A DNA stretch of 64,000 nt from Lama glama. Taxonomy: Eukaryota. A model generated the notes under the pieces. That model saw nothing but the letters and a program-made list of their open reading frames with translations, was not told the DNA's origin and made no database searches. Positions within the stretch are counted from its first letter, which is position 1, and each line of letters opens with the position of its first letter. The stretch covers positions 18,230,001 to 18,294,000 of the forward strand of contig CM052817.1 of the NCBI GenBank assembly GCA_028534125.1, given 5' to 3'. Shown here one piece after another: positions 1-14,072 of this stretch. The position numbers and the translations under genes were made by a program.

Positions 1-2136
1 TCCTGAAATAGAGACCACCTCTCAGAATAGGATGCAGTCACCGACTGCCTATCACATCTCTCTGTACTTTGGGCTCTAGAAAATTTGACAATCTGTATTC
101 TGTGTCAACGTATGAATTAGATATATTGTGAGCCTCATTTTTCTCAAATAACAAACTTTTGTATATTCATCTTAGGATGAAGCTTTTCTTATAATTTAAG
201 GAAGTACTATTCTAAAATTGTTTGTGAATTTGCCATATTGTGGTTTTCTGTGCACCTGAATTATTCTACATTTCTCCTCTGCTATGTTCACAGACTCAAG
301 GGATACCTCAAGTTTGGAGTACAGTTACAGAACCTTCTGCAGAAGGTAAAAATGAGGGCTGTCCACTTTTCATTATGATGGACTATCTAGAAAACAGTAG
401 ACTTTCTGGAACATCTCATTCTTTCCTCTTTACCCCACCAACTGGGAATCAGTTCCACATGGATGTGTGTTATATTTTGCTTTACCAATCCTTGGTTTGG
501 GAAGAGGGTGGAGAGGAGGGACTCTGGTTCAAGTTCTGGTTGTTAAAATATATGTTATTGCAGGAGATTCACTATATAAATTCTGCTTTAAGTGGAACAA
601 ATATTTTGTTTCTGCTCTTTTAGATAAGAGGCAGGTTCACTGGTATTAGTATTTTCCCCTTCAAAGATGGTCAGTTTTACAAAAATCTTTTTTCAAACAA
701 GTCTTATGCTTACTTGAGTTTTTTTTTTTGTCCCACTGAATATTACTTAGCAATTTAGGGCAACTGTAATAAAAATAATGCAAATTAAAAATACAATGAA
801 AATAAAGATTTCAAAGATACTAGATAGCCATTTCAATTTGAATATGAACATGACTTATTTCTAAAACTTCTAAACATTTCTACAATTCTGGAACATGTGT
901 GATAAAATATAGAGTAAGTCACTTAACGTGTATATGTGTCTCATACTTAAAAGTCTTTTCACTCTATGAATGGTTACTTTATTCAAATAGAGTACTAAGT
1001 GCAAATAATGTTTGTTGTCTAAACTTTGTCATCTGGTTAAGGTGCTCTTTAGTAAGAGGTCCTTCATAAGCATTCTTCTGACATTTGGCCAGTCTTCTGC
1101 TTCTCTTTTTTTTTTTTTTTTTCGCATCATTGTAAATTCTTCCAAGATTTTGAAAATGGTGGGCCATTTAGATACTTTGGATTCAGAGTGTTTAGCATCG
1201 GCTGCTTACTTAAGTAGTTAGCTTAAAATTAAGAGTCTAGATCAGTATGACAAAATGAAACAGCAAATGTCAGTTGTATTGAAGGAAATTAAGTTTTTAC
1301 TCCCATCATCAATTTTATTTCCTTACCATGTAATTAGCTAAAAAAAAAAAGTATAAAATAGTAGTTTATCACTGGGAGCCTATGGCTACTTAAGGGCTGT
1401 GTTCTAAAACAGAATTAACCATATAGAGTTGTGATTCACTCACATAAAGGTATGATAGTTAAAGTCATTTGAATTGAGAGGTCACTAAGAGAAGGAAAAG
1501 GGAAAAAAATAGCTCCCCGGGAACACTGCTAAGACAAAAACCAAGAATTAGCTAATGAAATAAATAATGGCCATCAGAGACATAAGAAGTGAGTAAAGAA
1601 GGTACAGTTTCTTGGAATTCTATAGAGCAGAGTTTTCAGGAAGTGATGGATGGTTGTATAGTTGAGGGCATAATCTGCCATATTGCAGAGTATTTGCTGA
1701 GTGCCCTCATGAAGAACTTTTAAAGTCTCTGTAATAAGAATTAGTTGTACTCCTGAGGAAATGACTGATTTTGTTTCCTTCTTTGTCTACTTTTTATAAC
1801 TATTACTAAGGATCTCGTGTATATTTTGTGCATGCTCTTAGTTTCATTCAGTTTCTGTTGTCCATTGACATCCTTCATGTTTTATTCTCTTTATATTATA
1901 TGAATCTTTGTAAGTCATTTCTTCTCTCTTTCTCTGTATCTCTCATTGAGTGATAGAGAGAGGAGAGATGAAAAGAGGCCGAGAGTGGTGATGTAGAGAA
2001 ATACGATGTATTGGAGAAAAGCTCTTAGATATTGCAAGAAGAAAATCATTAACCTTGAAGAAGAGAATGTAAGCATTGATTGGTATGGGGAGTTGAGTCA
2101 CATACACACACAAAATAAATCTTAAAAAAGATTTAA

Positions 2137-2564
2137 GTGGAAGCAACTCAAGAGCCCATCAACAGGTAAATGGATTTTTAAAAATGTAGTATACAATGGA
2201 ATATTATTCAGCCTTAAAAATGAAGGAAATTCTGTTGCAACATGGATGAACCTTGAAGACATTATGTGAAGTGAAAGAAGGCAACTACAGGAAGATAGAG
2301 TATGATTCTGCTTATATGAGGTACCTAGAGTAGTCAAAACCATAGAGACAGAAAGTAGAATAGTAGTTGCTGGGGGAGGAATAAGGGGGAGGGGGGCAGG
2401 GGGTTGTTGTTTAATGGGTAGAGAGTTTCAGTTTTGCAAGATGAAGAGAGTTCTGGAGTTGGATGGTTGCATAACAATGTGAATACTTAATCCCATTGAA
2501 CGGTACACTTAAAATGGTTAAGATGTTAAATTTTATGTTATGCATATTTTACCACAATAAAAAA
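2137..2564 (+). mobile_element. L1 3' end fragment (L1MA/L1MB-type 3' UTR)
   Basis: hallmark motifs atggaatattattcagccttaaaaa, aacatggatgaaccttgaagacattatg, catagagacagaaagtagaat, ending ttttaccacaataaaaaa; possible TSD aaaaa(t)gatttaa on both sides. Confidence 0.88.
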
Positions 2565-3974
2565 TGATTTAACGAAATGAGTAGATATGAAGTAGATATA
2601 GCGGGTAACACCTTATTTAAGGGGTAGACAAGAAGATGGAGGAAATTGGTAGTTACAAATGGGTAGTATGATCAAGTAAAGGATTTTCTTAAGAACTGAT
2701 AGATCTAATTATGCTTAAAGAAAAAGGGAAGTACTCTACTGACATTTTTAAAAAATTACACATTTAAAAAGCTTTTCAATTCAGGCAGTATTTTGTTCAA
2801 AAAGTACTACCACCATGTATAGGAATTGGTAATTGGGTTTACATCTCAGTACATCTTAATGTAATAAATGTCAGCATTTTTTTTATGGATATTATGTTGG
2901 ATTATGGATTGAAAAGGTATTGTTAGGTTAATAAAAAATGAATTGAAGGCAAGAAACTTATTGACAGAATGATTTTCTTTTGCTAGATGATGCTGACTCA
3001 CAGGTTTGTCACTAACCATTTTCAAATCCTTTGTAGAATTTACTTCCTATGAATAATTTGAATGACAGTTTTTTTTTTTAAAACAATAGCTTGAACTTTT
3101 TGGAAGAGGTTGAAGGTGGGCTGGGAAGAGGGGAAATGGAAGAGAAATCAGAGAGGGGAGGCCTAAGGAATTCCTTACCTTTCAGATTTTCTTATTTGCT
3201 TGTCTAGTTTCTGAATTATATATTATAAGAATATAGAATTCTAACATCCTTATTTTCCATGTTTTGACCAGTACCAAATATTTTGTGGCAGAATTTTAAT
3301 GATAGTGCTACAGCTCTCCTACAATGAATAATAATAGGTTTCTGTGTGCTAGCTGCACACCCACTGATCCAGAGCCTGTGACCCTAGCAAAGGTAAGCAT
3401 ATCCCAGATTGCAGTGTGAGATAGTTGAAGATTGATCTGCTTTGATAGTTGTTTAAATTTTTCTCATCTGTTTTTAATGAGCATGCTCAATTGCATGAAT
3501 TTGACCATGCATTAGACTGCATTCTCTTTTAGATGTGTAATTAGACGCTTTTGAAAGAGGGAAGGTTAAGTTTTAAGTTAGTAGATATATGTTTTAGGAC
3601 TGTGCCTAGATTCTTTGAGTGGTTTTCAGGAATGCCCAAAAAAGTAATCATTCTAGTTTCTAATAGAACCTGCGCTGTATTAAGTACCAGAGGTTGAATT
3701 TATCACAAAACTAAACGCTTAAAGAATTCCTGTGCATAACTGATTGTAATATGCTTTGTTGAGTGCTTGAAATTACAGTATACTATGTCTTCTTTTTTTT
3801 TTACTACATAGCTTTAAAGTTTGAGCAGTTTATCCATTTTAGTAAGTTTTTCTTCAGTGGAGGAAGATTAAAGAGAGGACTCAAATTATCTCAAATAATG
3901 CAAAATTTCTTGTAAGGATACTCTGCCATCAATGATTTTATTAATTGCAGGTGACTAAAGTCAGACTAACTTGC

Positions 3975-5300
3975 TCCATTCATTCATTACATCATCAAAA
4001 ATTGAGTTGTTCCTGGAGACTGGCATTATTCTGAGTTTAGGGGATAGAGCATTGAGCAAAATAGATTTCCTGCCTTCATGAAGTTAGCACTCTTTTAGGA
4101 AGAGAGATAGTGAACAAGTTTGCATGTGTATGTGTAGAGATACACACATTCACATGACTGCTGCAACAGATAAGTAATATGATAAAAGTTAAGCAGGGTA
4201 ACACATACATAGTCAGTGACTAGGTAGGATGGGGGATATTTAAGTAATGTAGTCAAGGAAGAACTTCCCAGAGAAGTGATGTTTGGTTGTAGACCTGAGT
4301 GATGAGAGAGACTGAGCCACAGGAAGGTCTGGGTGAAGTATATTCCAGCTTAGAGATCAACCAGGCTAAGACTCTAAGGCTGGAATGACCTCAAAGTATT
4401 TTGGGGACTTTAAGAAGGCTGGTATAGCTAGAAGATCATAAGAGATGGGGAGACAAGTATGATCAGAGTGATAAGCGGGGGCCAGATCTCAGAAGACATT
4501 GTAGGGTCTAAAAAAGAGCTTAGGATTTATTTTAAGTATAATATCATTATATTGCAAGTCTAGCTCCATTTAGGAGTCTTGAGTAAAGTAGTGATCTATG
4601 ATCTATCTTTTGAAAAGATTATGTAGTGACTGGGTGGATATTAAACTCTGGAGGGAGAGAGGCAGCAGTGGAAGTGAGGCTCTTGCAGTGACCTGGTGGG
4701 AGGGAGGTAGCAGAGAGGTCTGATTGGTGATATGGTTTAAAAGAATACTGACAGGATTTGCTGTTAGGTTGGATTCAGGAAGTTGAAGAGGATGGGGACA
4801 GAAATTAAGGATAGTGTCTGGGTTTTATGTACCTGTGGTGTTCAGATTTCTTGGAGATGGAGGCAATTAGGGGGGAAAAGTCAAAACAGGCTCAATTGGG
4901 AGATTAGTAGTGGGGAAAAAAAAAAAAGGTTAAAAACCCCTGAGATCATGATGCAAAGAAGTGAAGGAATAAGTGCTGAGAGGTCAAGAAGCAGAAGAGG
5001 ATCCAGGAAAGAAGAAAGAGAAGAAATGACCAGTGAGGTATGAGGGGAATCAGGAGAATCTGGGGTCAAGAAGTCCATGAAGAAAATGTTTTAAGAAAGA
5101 GCACAGTCAGCGTCAGATGCTCCAGTAGTTCGAATAAGATCATGGCAGAGACCTCACCATTGAATTGGCAAAGTAGAGGTTAAGGTTGTTGGTGATGTTG
5201 ACGAAAACAGTTGCACTGTCGTGGTGGAAGTGAAAGTCTGATTGGAGTGGATTGAAGAGGAACTGAAGACAGCAAATATTGTTGACTTTCAAAAGGAGAA
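3975..5300 (-). mobile_element. Degenerate L2 (antisense)
   Basis: starts cattcattcatt (reverse of L2 3' end), followed by purine-rich L2-like body. Confidence 0.65.
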
Positions 5301-6756
5301 GAAAAATGGGACTATGATACCTGAAGATAGGTATGACATGAAGGAAGGATTTTTTTATTTTTTAAAAGATGGAAGATATATTAATGGAATGGCCCAGCTG
5401 AGAAATAATTGACATAGGAGAAAATCAATCTATATTAATTAAAAAGTATCTTTATTTAACTTAAGAAAAGTGTAGCTGTGTAGTCAGTGGCTTAATCCAC
5501 TCTGGTTATCTGTATTTCTGTTTCTGTTTCTTTATGGATTTTGATTTTATTTCCTCCTCCTGCATTTCCTAGAGGTTAACTCTGTGGCTGCTGGCAGTTG
5601 TAGACTTATCTTTTCCCAGGATCAAAGAGTGAGTCTTTCTTGCTTGATCTAGTTATAAAAATTTCTGGAAGTAACTGGGTTACGTCATGTGGCCATGCCT
5701 AGACCTTATCAGTGTGACTTCCAGGGTATGTTCTATGATTACTTCCTTCTCTGACCCCTCTCCCTGATGATCTCGATTCTTGCTTCAGAAGAGAAAAAAG
5801 GGGTACCTAGTAGACAAACAACTATAACAGACTGATGAGCAAGAGAAACTAGACTTTGACAAGAGCAGGTAGAAGAAAAGTTTAAAAGATTTTTCTGGAT
5901 TCAGAAATAGGTGGGTGTGGTCTGGCACCATGGGTCAGATATAAAATATAGCTACTCCTTCAGAAAATCTGATATATTCTTGATACTTGCAGTCTAAAAC
6001 TTTTGGACTATGAATGGATTTTCTCATAGACAGGCCTCTTTTGGTCCCACTCTGAATTTTATGATAAGAGTATATTATTTCCCAAATATATTATCCCATT
6101 TTGGTATTTTAACTAAATTTGAACTAATATAACCCTCAACCCTGGACAGTAAATTTTCTTCCGCCTCTCCCCTTTCCAAAATCTGCGTGGCTATTACAGA
6201 TTTTCACTATTGCATAGCTCTTTTCACTTGACAAGGTGAAACCCTGACTGCATTCACCTAGGCTCACCAGACATATCTATACTGTGCAAGAGGAAACATA
6301 AGTGTTTTTAAAAGCATCATTGGAGGATCAAAGAAGTGAATCTGAGCTGGCAGAAACTAAGTGGTGTTCATTCTGAGTTAGTCTGGAAATCTAGAAAGTA
6401 TTGCCTCCCAAGTACACGTAAATTCAGGAAATAGATGATTCCTGTCACTTGACCTAAATATCCACTAAAGGCAAATAATATTCATCACACTTAAGTAGTA
6501 TTTAAGAATACCAACTACTGTTCCCAACTGCTTTACTGCAAAAAGCTTAAGAAAATGGAAGGTTTTTGCAGTGTGATGTGTTCATGATGTCCTAGAGTTC
6601 TTGTCATTTGAGTTACTCATAAATTTTTACCAAGTGAGGCTTCTCAGTAGGAGAAAAAGAACAAATAAAACATTAGAGAGTCAATGAATATAAAGTTTAT
6701 AAAAGCATCCAGAGATTTGTCAAGGAAGATATGCCTTTATGAAATTACAAAAAGAG

Positions 6757-8145
6757 AGGCGAAGCAGCCAAGATGGCAGAGTAGAACAAGCCAGAGCTCA
6801 GCTCCTCTCACGCATACGCCAGAATCACAACTAACTGCAGAACAACCATTGATAAAAAAGACTGGAACCTATCAGAAAAGACCTTCCATAATTAAAGACA
6901 TAAAGAAGGAACCACAGCAAGACTGGTAGGAGGGGAGGACTCGAGGTATAATCAAGTACACCCCCCGCCCTGGTGGGTGACCCACAAGTTGGAAAATAAT
7001 TATAGTGCAGAGGTTCTCCCACAGCAGTGAGAGTTCTGAGCCCCACATCAGGCACCCCTGCCCAGGGGGCTGCGCTGGGAAGAGGAGGCCCCAGAGTATT
7101 TAGCTTTGAAGGCCAGTGGGGCTTAATTGCAGGAGCTCCACAGGACTGAGGGAAATAGAGACTTCACTCTTAAAGGGTACACACAAAATCTCATGCTCAC
7201 CAGGACCAATGGCAAAAGCAGTGATTTTATAGGAACCTGGGCCAAACCTATCTGCTGGTCTTGGAGGGTCTCGTGAGGAGGTGGGGGCGGCTGTGGCTCA
7301 CCCTGGGGACATAGACATAGTGGCGGACATACTGGGGAGTATTCATTTGCATGTACTCTCCTGGAGGCTGACATCTTGCTTGGGTCATTAGCACCAAGAC
7401 CTAGCCACACCCAACAGCAGGATTCAGAGCGGGGCTACCTCAGGCCAGACAACTAACTGCAGGGGGCATATCCCCACCCATCAGTAGACTGTTGCCCACA
7501 GCCTCCTCCAGACATACCCCAGGATGTGGCCTTGCCCACCAGAGGGCCAAGACCCAGCTGTACTCACCAGTGGGAAGACACTGGATCCTCCCACCAGAAA
7601 GCTTGCACAAGCCTCTAGACCAGCCTCACCCACCAGGGGGCAGACACCAGAAACAAGAAAACTACGATCTTGCAGCCTGCAGAGCAAGTCTGCAAACGCA
7701 GGCCAGACCCTACTCCAGGATCAGCTGGCGCCTGGCCCTTGGGTGACAAGAGGAGGGTGCACTGCTGGGATGCATAGGATATCTACAGAGGGCCACTTCT
7801 CCAAGGTCAAGAAACATAACTAACCTACCTACCACATACATAAAAATACAAATAGAAATTTAGACAGAGTGAGGTGGCAGAGGAATGTGTTTCAGACCGA
7901 AGAGCAAGGTGAATTCCAGAAGAGGAACTAAGTGATGAGGAGATAGGCAATCTACCCGAGAAAGAATTCAGACTAATGATCCTAAAGTTGAGCAAAGAAC
8001 TCAGGAGGAGAATAGATGCACAGAGCAAGAAGCTAGACGTTTGTAATAAAGATTTAAAAAATATGAAGAACAACCAAGCACAGCTGAAGAATCCAGTAAC
8101 TGGAATGAAAAATACACTAGAAAGAATCAGTAGCAGACTAAATGA
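6757..8145 (+). mobile_element. L1 5' segment (5'UTR plus N-terminal ORF1), 3'-truncated, flanked by direct repeats
   Basis: begins gaagcagccaagatggcagagtag (L1 5' YY1-type start); GC-rich 5'UTR; ORF1-like coiled coil ILKLSKELRRRIDAQSKKL...MKNTLERISSRLNE (ORF 7976..8176); direct repeats 6739-6756 and 8142-8160. Confidence 0.85.
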
Positions 8146-9349
8146 AATTACAAAAAAGAGTTTTATTAAATTATGAGTAGTTATGGGTAATATCTTGCTG
8201 TTAATCAATTCTAGGAAAAAGAATACTTTTGTAAGACTTAGGTACCATAAGAAATGATAGTTTTATTTAGTGTAAATTGAAGTGCTGTATTCATTTTTCA
8301 TATTTTTAATGAAAAATTTGGATAGTATTTTTTTCAAAAATTAATTCGATGTCATTGTGATCATCTTTTATTTTCCTTTACATTAATAGTATGCAAGGAG
8401 CAGAATTCTCTGAAATACCAAATTGGTGTAATATTTTTATTAGTAGCATTTGTATAGACTGAAAGCATGTGTAAGCTACAAATAGGTGTGGTATTTGTCT
8501 TCTATAAGAGTTTATTTATTTTGCAAGTAAACTGGTTGAGCAGGACTTAGAAGTCATTTCTGTGTGTTTTGGTTTGTCCACACTTCCGTTAAAATAATCA
8601 TTACTTACTAGATAATAAAGTATTCTGTTTGCATGGAATAACAAGTGTAAGAGGGCAATTTATTGTTTAAGAAGAACTCTGAATCTAATTATTTGGTAAT
8701 AACTTGTTGGTTTGTCTCCAACACTGTTTCACCAAAGTAAGCAGAATTACTTTCTTCTCTACTGGCACAGCTGGGGCCTGAAAAAAAAGTTAAAACAGGA
8801 AAGCACTTCTGAATCTGGGAAATCAGTCAATTGCAAGAGAACAAAAAAATACAACTGGGAATTGTTGAATAGACAATTAGAAAAGCCAAAAAAAGAAAAG
8901 AAAGAGGGAAAAGAAACCGGTTACTTCAACTCTAGCCCATTAAAGTAGAGAAATAGTAAAGTTTAAATGTTTTAGTGATTTAAACCAATGTAATCATCAT
9001 GTTCCTAAAAAAGATTACTTAAATATCAGATTATTCCTGAATGCAGCTAAAATCAAGAGAAGAATTGGCCTTCCTTTGCAGTCTCGTTTTCAAAAAGTAT
9101 CATAAATATTTTTATACTAGTTTCTTAGTTTTTTGCTAAATAAACATCATAAATCCATACTAGAAGTTTTTTTAATATTGTGAATTTAAGATCTTACATC
9201 GTTTCAACCTGGTATTAAATGGATATTGAACAGCAAGTAAACTTTCTGTGGATTCTAAGGCTTCATAATTACTTAGGGCCTCTCATCTTTTAGATCCTGA
9301 TAGCTTGAGAAACCCCACGGGACAGCTGTTTTTTCCTAGAGAGACAGTA

Positions 9350-9580
9350 TCCCAAAGAAAGTGTGGAGCTTGACTTCCTGTATTCAAGTCTTTATGTAAC
9401 ACTTACTAGATACATTCCTTTGGGTAACTACCATAATGTTTCTGTCCTTTGCTTTCCCCATCTGTAAAATGTAGGTAATAACAGTACCCACCTTAGAGGA
9501 CTGTGTGAAGGATTAAATGAGTTAATATATAGAGTTTAGGACAATACTTGACAGCAAATAATGGCCTAGTGTTTGCTTAG
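9350..9580 (+). mobile_element. MIR SINE
   Basis: MIR core catctgtaaaatg...taataacagtaccc...aggattaaatgagttaata. Confidence 0.75.
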
Positions 9581-9699
9581 TGTTAAAAGATTACCATAGT
9601 TTCTTGAAGAAAACCACAGACTACAAAGTAATAAAGAAGTTAGCAATTATTAGAACTCTCTGCCTACAGAATAGAGAAGGAAAGATTATTAATATAATT

Positions 9700-11060
9700 T
9701 TTAATTTCTTCATTGAAAGCATTTCAAAGTTAGTGAAAACTCGCAGGACCAGAATGAAGAACTCTTACATACACTTTGTCTAGAGACCCTCATTCCAATT
9801 TGCCATTTGTCCTAATAATGATCTTTTTAGCCAAAGAGCTAGGATTATATGTTACAACCAGTTGTCCTGGCTTTGTAGTACTCTTAATAATATTATTTTT
9901 TTTTAAGCTTTTAAGTAACTTTTTTTTAAGGTTTTTTTTTTTAAGTAACTTGTTTTATTTAAATGTATTTATCCTCTTGTATTTACTTTTCTTGTCCTCT
10001 TTAATCTGAAGCAATTCCATAGTATTTCCTGGACTTGCATGTCTTTGACCAGTAATTTTCAAACGTGTCATTTTATAGATTGTTTCTAAATTAGGATTTG
10101 TTTGATGTTTTCATATGAGTAGATCCATGTTAGGCATTATGGGCTGGACTGTCACAGAAATGGTTCTTTTCACTATATCCTTGTGAGTGGCACAAAATCA
10201 CATTCCACATATCACTTTCACCCACTAGTTTTAACATCATCGATGTTTTTTCCCTGAATTAATTTTTACTCTGAAAGTTGCCAAACTGTAATTTTTCAAA
10301 TTCCATCATTCTATTTATTAGTTGCACTCTATTGTAAGGAAGAGATTTAAACAGTGTGTTATCAACATCTTGTCCTGTGAAAATGGTGGTAGATAACAGA
10401 CATATCTTCAAAGTAGAATTTGGAGACATAGTGAATCTCAGAATCTTACGACTGTTATGAAGATTGATCTGCATTTATTCATGTATATCAGTGTGGACTC
10501 CTGGATTCCTATTTTATTCAGTGGGTTTGTTGCTTTCATTGTTTTGATCCTCAAATTGCCCAGACACGGCTTGTGGGAAGCCTTTCAAGCTGGCTTTTAT
10601 GTTGTTTTATATGTATGTCTCCATCATTTTTTGTATGTATTTTAAATGTGTTTGCATCCTTATTTTCTAGCACAAACAAATATTCCAGGCACATTTGGTT
10701 ATTTCTCAGCCCTAGCCCTGGAAACAATCATTTCCCCAAGGAGTTGTGGTTACTTCTAGTTGAGATGGTGTCTAGAAACCAAGATTTGCACACTGGATGT
10801 TTTCCTTGCTATTGAGGTATTGTTCCCAGGCCCTCTCAGTGGACAGAGTTAAGAAATACACACCCGTATATTTACTTATCTCTATATTAAAAGTCACATG
10901 TTATCACTGATACCTGATAACCAGTGCACATTGATACTAGTCTAACACTACTGGGTTAATTCTGGCTTAACCTCTTCCCATTTGTATCTCTGTTCACTGA
11001 CTGAAAAACCTAGCTCTGTTATCTTTACTATATTAGTTTTTTAATTTGCTTAGTTCGCCT
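9700..11060 (-). mobile_element. Old L1 (L1MC-like) 3' region, antisense
   Basis: T-rich body with motifs such as cagccctagccctggaaacaatcatttccccaaggag and tagaaaccaagatt. Confidence 0.65.
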
Positions 11061-13600
11061 GCACATAGTCAGTCTCTTGACACCACTGGACTGCTACTTC
11101 ACTCAGGAGCCTGCTTTATTGGGACCATTAGAACCTCTGCCTTCACAAAGCCACCACTGTAGTGTCCTCATTGTCCTCATTATAAGGACTCTGCTCACCA
11201 CTAGCCTATTTTCCCATCCTCATATGGAACCTCACTCCCATTGAGTAATTTGAGAATTAAAGTAACTTTGAAGAGAAGTCAGGTGAGCACTATCCAATGA
11301 CTCTGTGTTAAGGAGTCTGTCTTTATGAATAAATTGTTATTACAAAAGCACGTTATTCACATTTTTTCCTCACATAATTCCAGCTATTAACGGAAGTCCC
11401 CTGTGAATGGGGTGGCTATTTAGTATTTTAATATTTTAATCACTGTGTCAGTAGTACTCACGAAACAAGTGAACTTTTCCTAAAAGTTGTTTTGACATTA
11501 ATAATAATTAGTTAAACCATTGTTGTATATAGTTAAGTGAAGCCTTAATTGGAAAATGCTATACGCCAAATAAATGCAGTTAATGGTATTTGTGAACTGT
11601 TAAAGAGTTTTAAATACTAAATGTAGTAGAAAAAGTCATATGTAGTTGTAGATCAAACAAATTTCCTGAGTATAATTGTCTTGATATTGCTTCTGCCATT
11701 GCAGTTGGTGACATTTCTATTCTAGAAGGAAAAAGGATTAACAGGTTTTGCATGTAATGTCTCTTCTTACACGAAGGTGTGTAATGACAAGCTGCAGAAG
11801 CTCAATTGTTAGCTGGCCTTTGTGTTCATTTTTTGTTTAACTCCCTCTCAAAGTCAATACATCTTCTTACATCAGGCTTTCTGCTAGGTAATAATTTCTT
11901 GACTCTGGTGTTTTATGTTTACTTTATGTAGTGCCCAGTAGTAATTACTGTTCACTCAGTTCATATTTGCTGAATAAAAGAATCCCAAGTCACCTGTACA
12001 GAAAACCTTCTGAAGAAACTTGCAAATTCCAAGAGAAAAATAATGAACATTTGTGAAATATTAATATAAAATTAAAGCAAACATTTGTAAAGCTATAATT
12101 TATAATTTTTGTTTTTGTTGTTAAACATATTCTTTAAAAACAGCATTCTCTCCATTTTATGAAGCTTAGCAATGCTTTTGAAAAAGTTTGTTGCTTTATC
12201 CAGAAATGCCACTGAAAAGAGTGAATGCAAAGGTGACATTTTCCTGGCAGCCTTGGTTAATAAATCATTTTGTTATTCCTTTATTCATCCAACAAGTATT
12301 AATTGAGTTCCTCAGAAACATCTGCCATTCCACATTTGTTTAGTGCCTGCTATATTTTTGGCATTATATAACGTGTTGGAAATATAGAAATGAATAGGAG
12401 ACATTGTCTATCTTAAAGAATTTATCTTCATTTGATGTGAAATACTCTGTTTGCAGTTCAGTGTTTTTTTTTTTTTTTTTTTAAAAAAAAAAAGACTGCG
12501 GGCTGAGTGTAAAAGGGAAGATGCATAACCAGAGATTCAGCTGCTCTGTCCCTGAGGTGATATCTTCAATGACACCATAATGAGATATTTGGGAGGACTT
12601 GACTAAACATTTAGTACCCTAATAGCCATTGAGTCCACTGGTTTTGTTGACTTATTTATAAAGAAAGCAAATTCCTTAAATTACTTGATTATGAAAAATT
12701 TCTGATCTGATGCTTATTTATTGTTTTATGTTGATAATTACATTTGTGGAGCACTTCTGCCATTCCTAAGAGTTACTTCCACGTACATTTTGTTAGTTAA
12801 TCTTCAGAACAGTCATACAATTTTGAGACTCAGTGTTTCTCCAGCTTTTATTTTTAAGATAATGTGTTTGTTATTCTCTCACCATCTTCACAGAATGAGG
12901 TGTTGATAACATACTCTGTTAAAATGATAAGCTTGCAGTTTACAGAAGAAAAAGTAATAAAGCCTTCCCTTAGTGTCCGTTGTACCGCTGTTGGGAAGAG
13001 AACATCCCAGTAAGTTTTGAGTTCTGAGTGTTCAGACATTTACCAATATTTAGCTAGTGTGCCTAAAAATTGCATGTAATTCTTGTGTGATAAAAGGTAA
13101 GGAGCTCATGAGAGAAGTGTGTATTTCTCTTTGGTACAACTACTAATATCTAGATTTCACAAGTTCAGGGTGTGGCTTTTAGGTGTCCAAATATAGCATG
13201 TTGCAGGAATTTAGTCCATGTTACAGAGACATGCCCCACTGACCACCGTGCAGACGAGGCGCTCACATGCTGGCACTGTTCTAAAGATAAGCCTCTCTTG
13301 ATTGTGCTGAGCAGCTGATCATCTAAAGTCTCACTCAGAAATGACACCACAAAGTCTGTAAACTGCCTGAGTTAGGATGAAGTGTGGAAGGCTTAAACTT
13401 TTTTCATCTTTTATATTTTAAAAAGTTTTTTTTGTGTTTATATTACATTTAGTTTAAGTTGCTTTTCATCAAACTCCATGTTGAATCATAGGTTAATTGC
13501 ATTTTTCCGTGATGAATGATGTCCGTCACTGTAAAGAGAATTTAAAAGGCTTCTGTAACTTAAAATTCTTAGTTGAAATTGCATTTGGAAAAGTGGTAAC

Positions 13601-13757
13601 GGGGGAGGATATAGCTCAAGTAGTAGAGCGCATGCTTAGTATACACAAAGTCCTGGGTTCAATCCCCAGTACCTCCTCTAAAAATAAATAAATAAATAAA
13701 CCATCTCCCCAAAAGATTATAAAATAAAATAAATTTTAAAAAATTATATTAAAAAAA
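13601..13757 (+). mobile_element. tRNA-derived SINE resembling camelid Vic-1
   Basis: ggggaggatatagctcaagtagtagagcgcatgcttag...gtcctgggttcaatccccagtacctcc (A/B boxes, tRNA-Ala-like head), (aaat)n and A-rich tail, TSD gaaaagtggt at 13588-13597 and 13758-13767. Confidence 0.85.
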
Positions 13758-14042
13758 GAAAAGTGGTGAATACTGATGTGCACTTTTATTTTAGGAATTA
13801 GTACTTCACATAAACATGCCAATAATTCAGGTATTTTTCAAATAGCAAATAGGTTTTACCTTGTATATCACAGTAGCTTCAAAATATAGAGCTTCTTTCA
13901 GTAACCATCTCATAGGCCATCTTTAAATATAGTTACTTTTTGTTAACAATGTTTATTCTTTCTCCTTTCTGACCCCCTTACCAAACCTTTCTTTTGATTA
14001 CCTATAAAGATGTTTTCATACTTCAGTAGAAAGCAGCAAGTG

Positions 14043-14072
14043 TGTATTTAACTGTACTGTATTTAACTGTAC
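14043..14072. repeat. 15-bp perfect tandem duplication
   Basis: tgtatttaactgtac x2. Confidence 0.85.

Noticed and set aside
6684..8208. Cluster of 65-127 aa ORFs on both strands
   Set aside because: All lie in the L1 5'UTR/ORF1 remnant; only 7976..8176 reflects (dead) L1 ORF1.
13601..13677. tRNA-Ala-like gene
   Set aside because: Degenerate arms and anticodon region, with an A-rich tail and TSD: a SINE head, not a functional tRNA.
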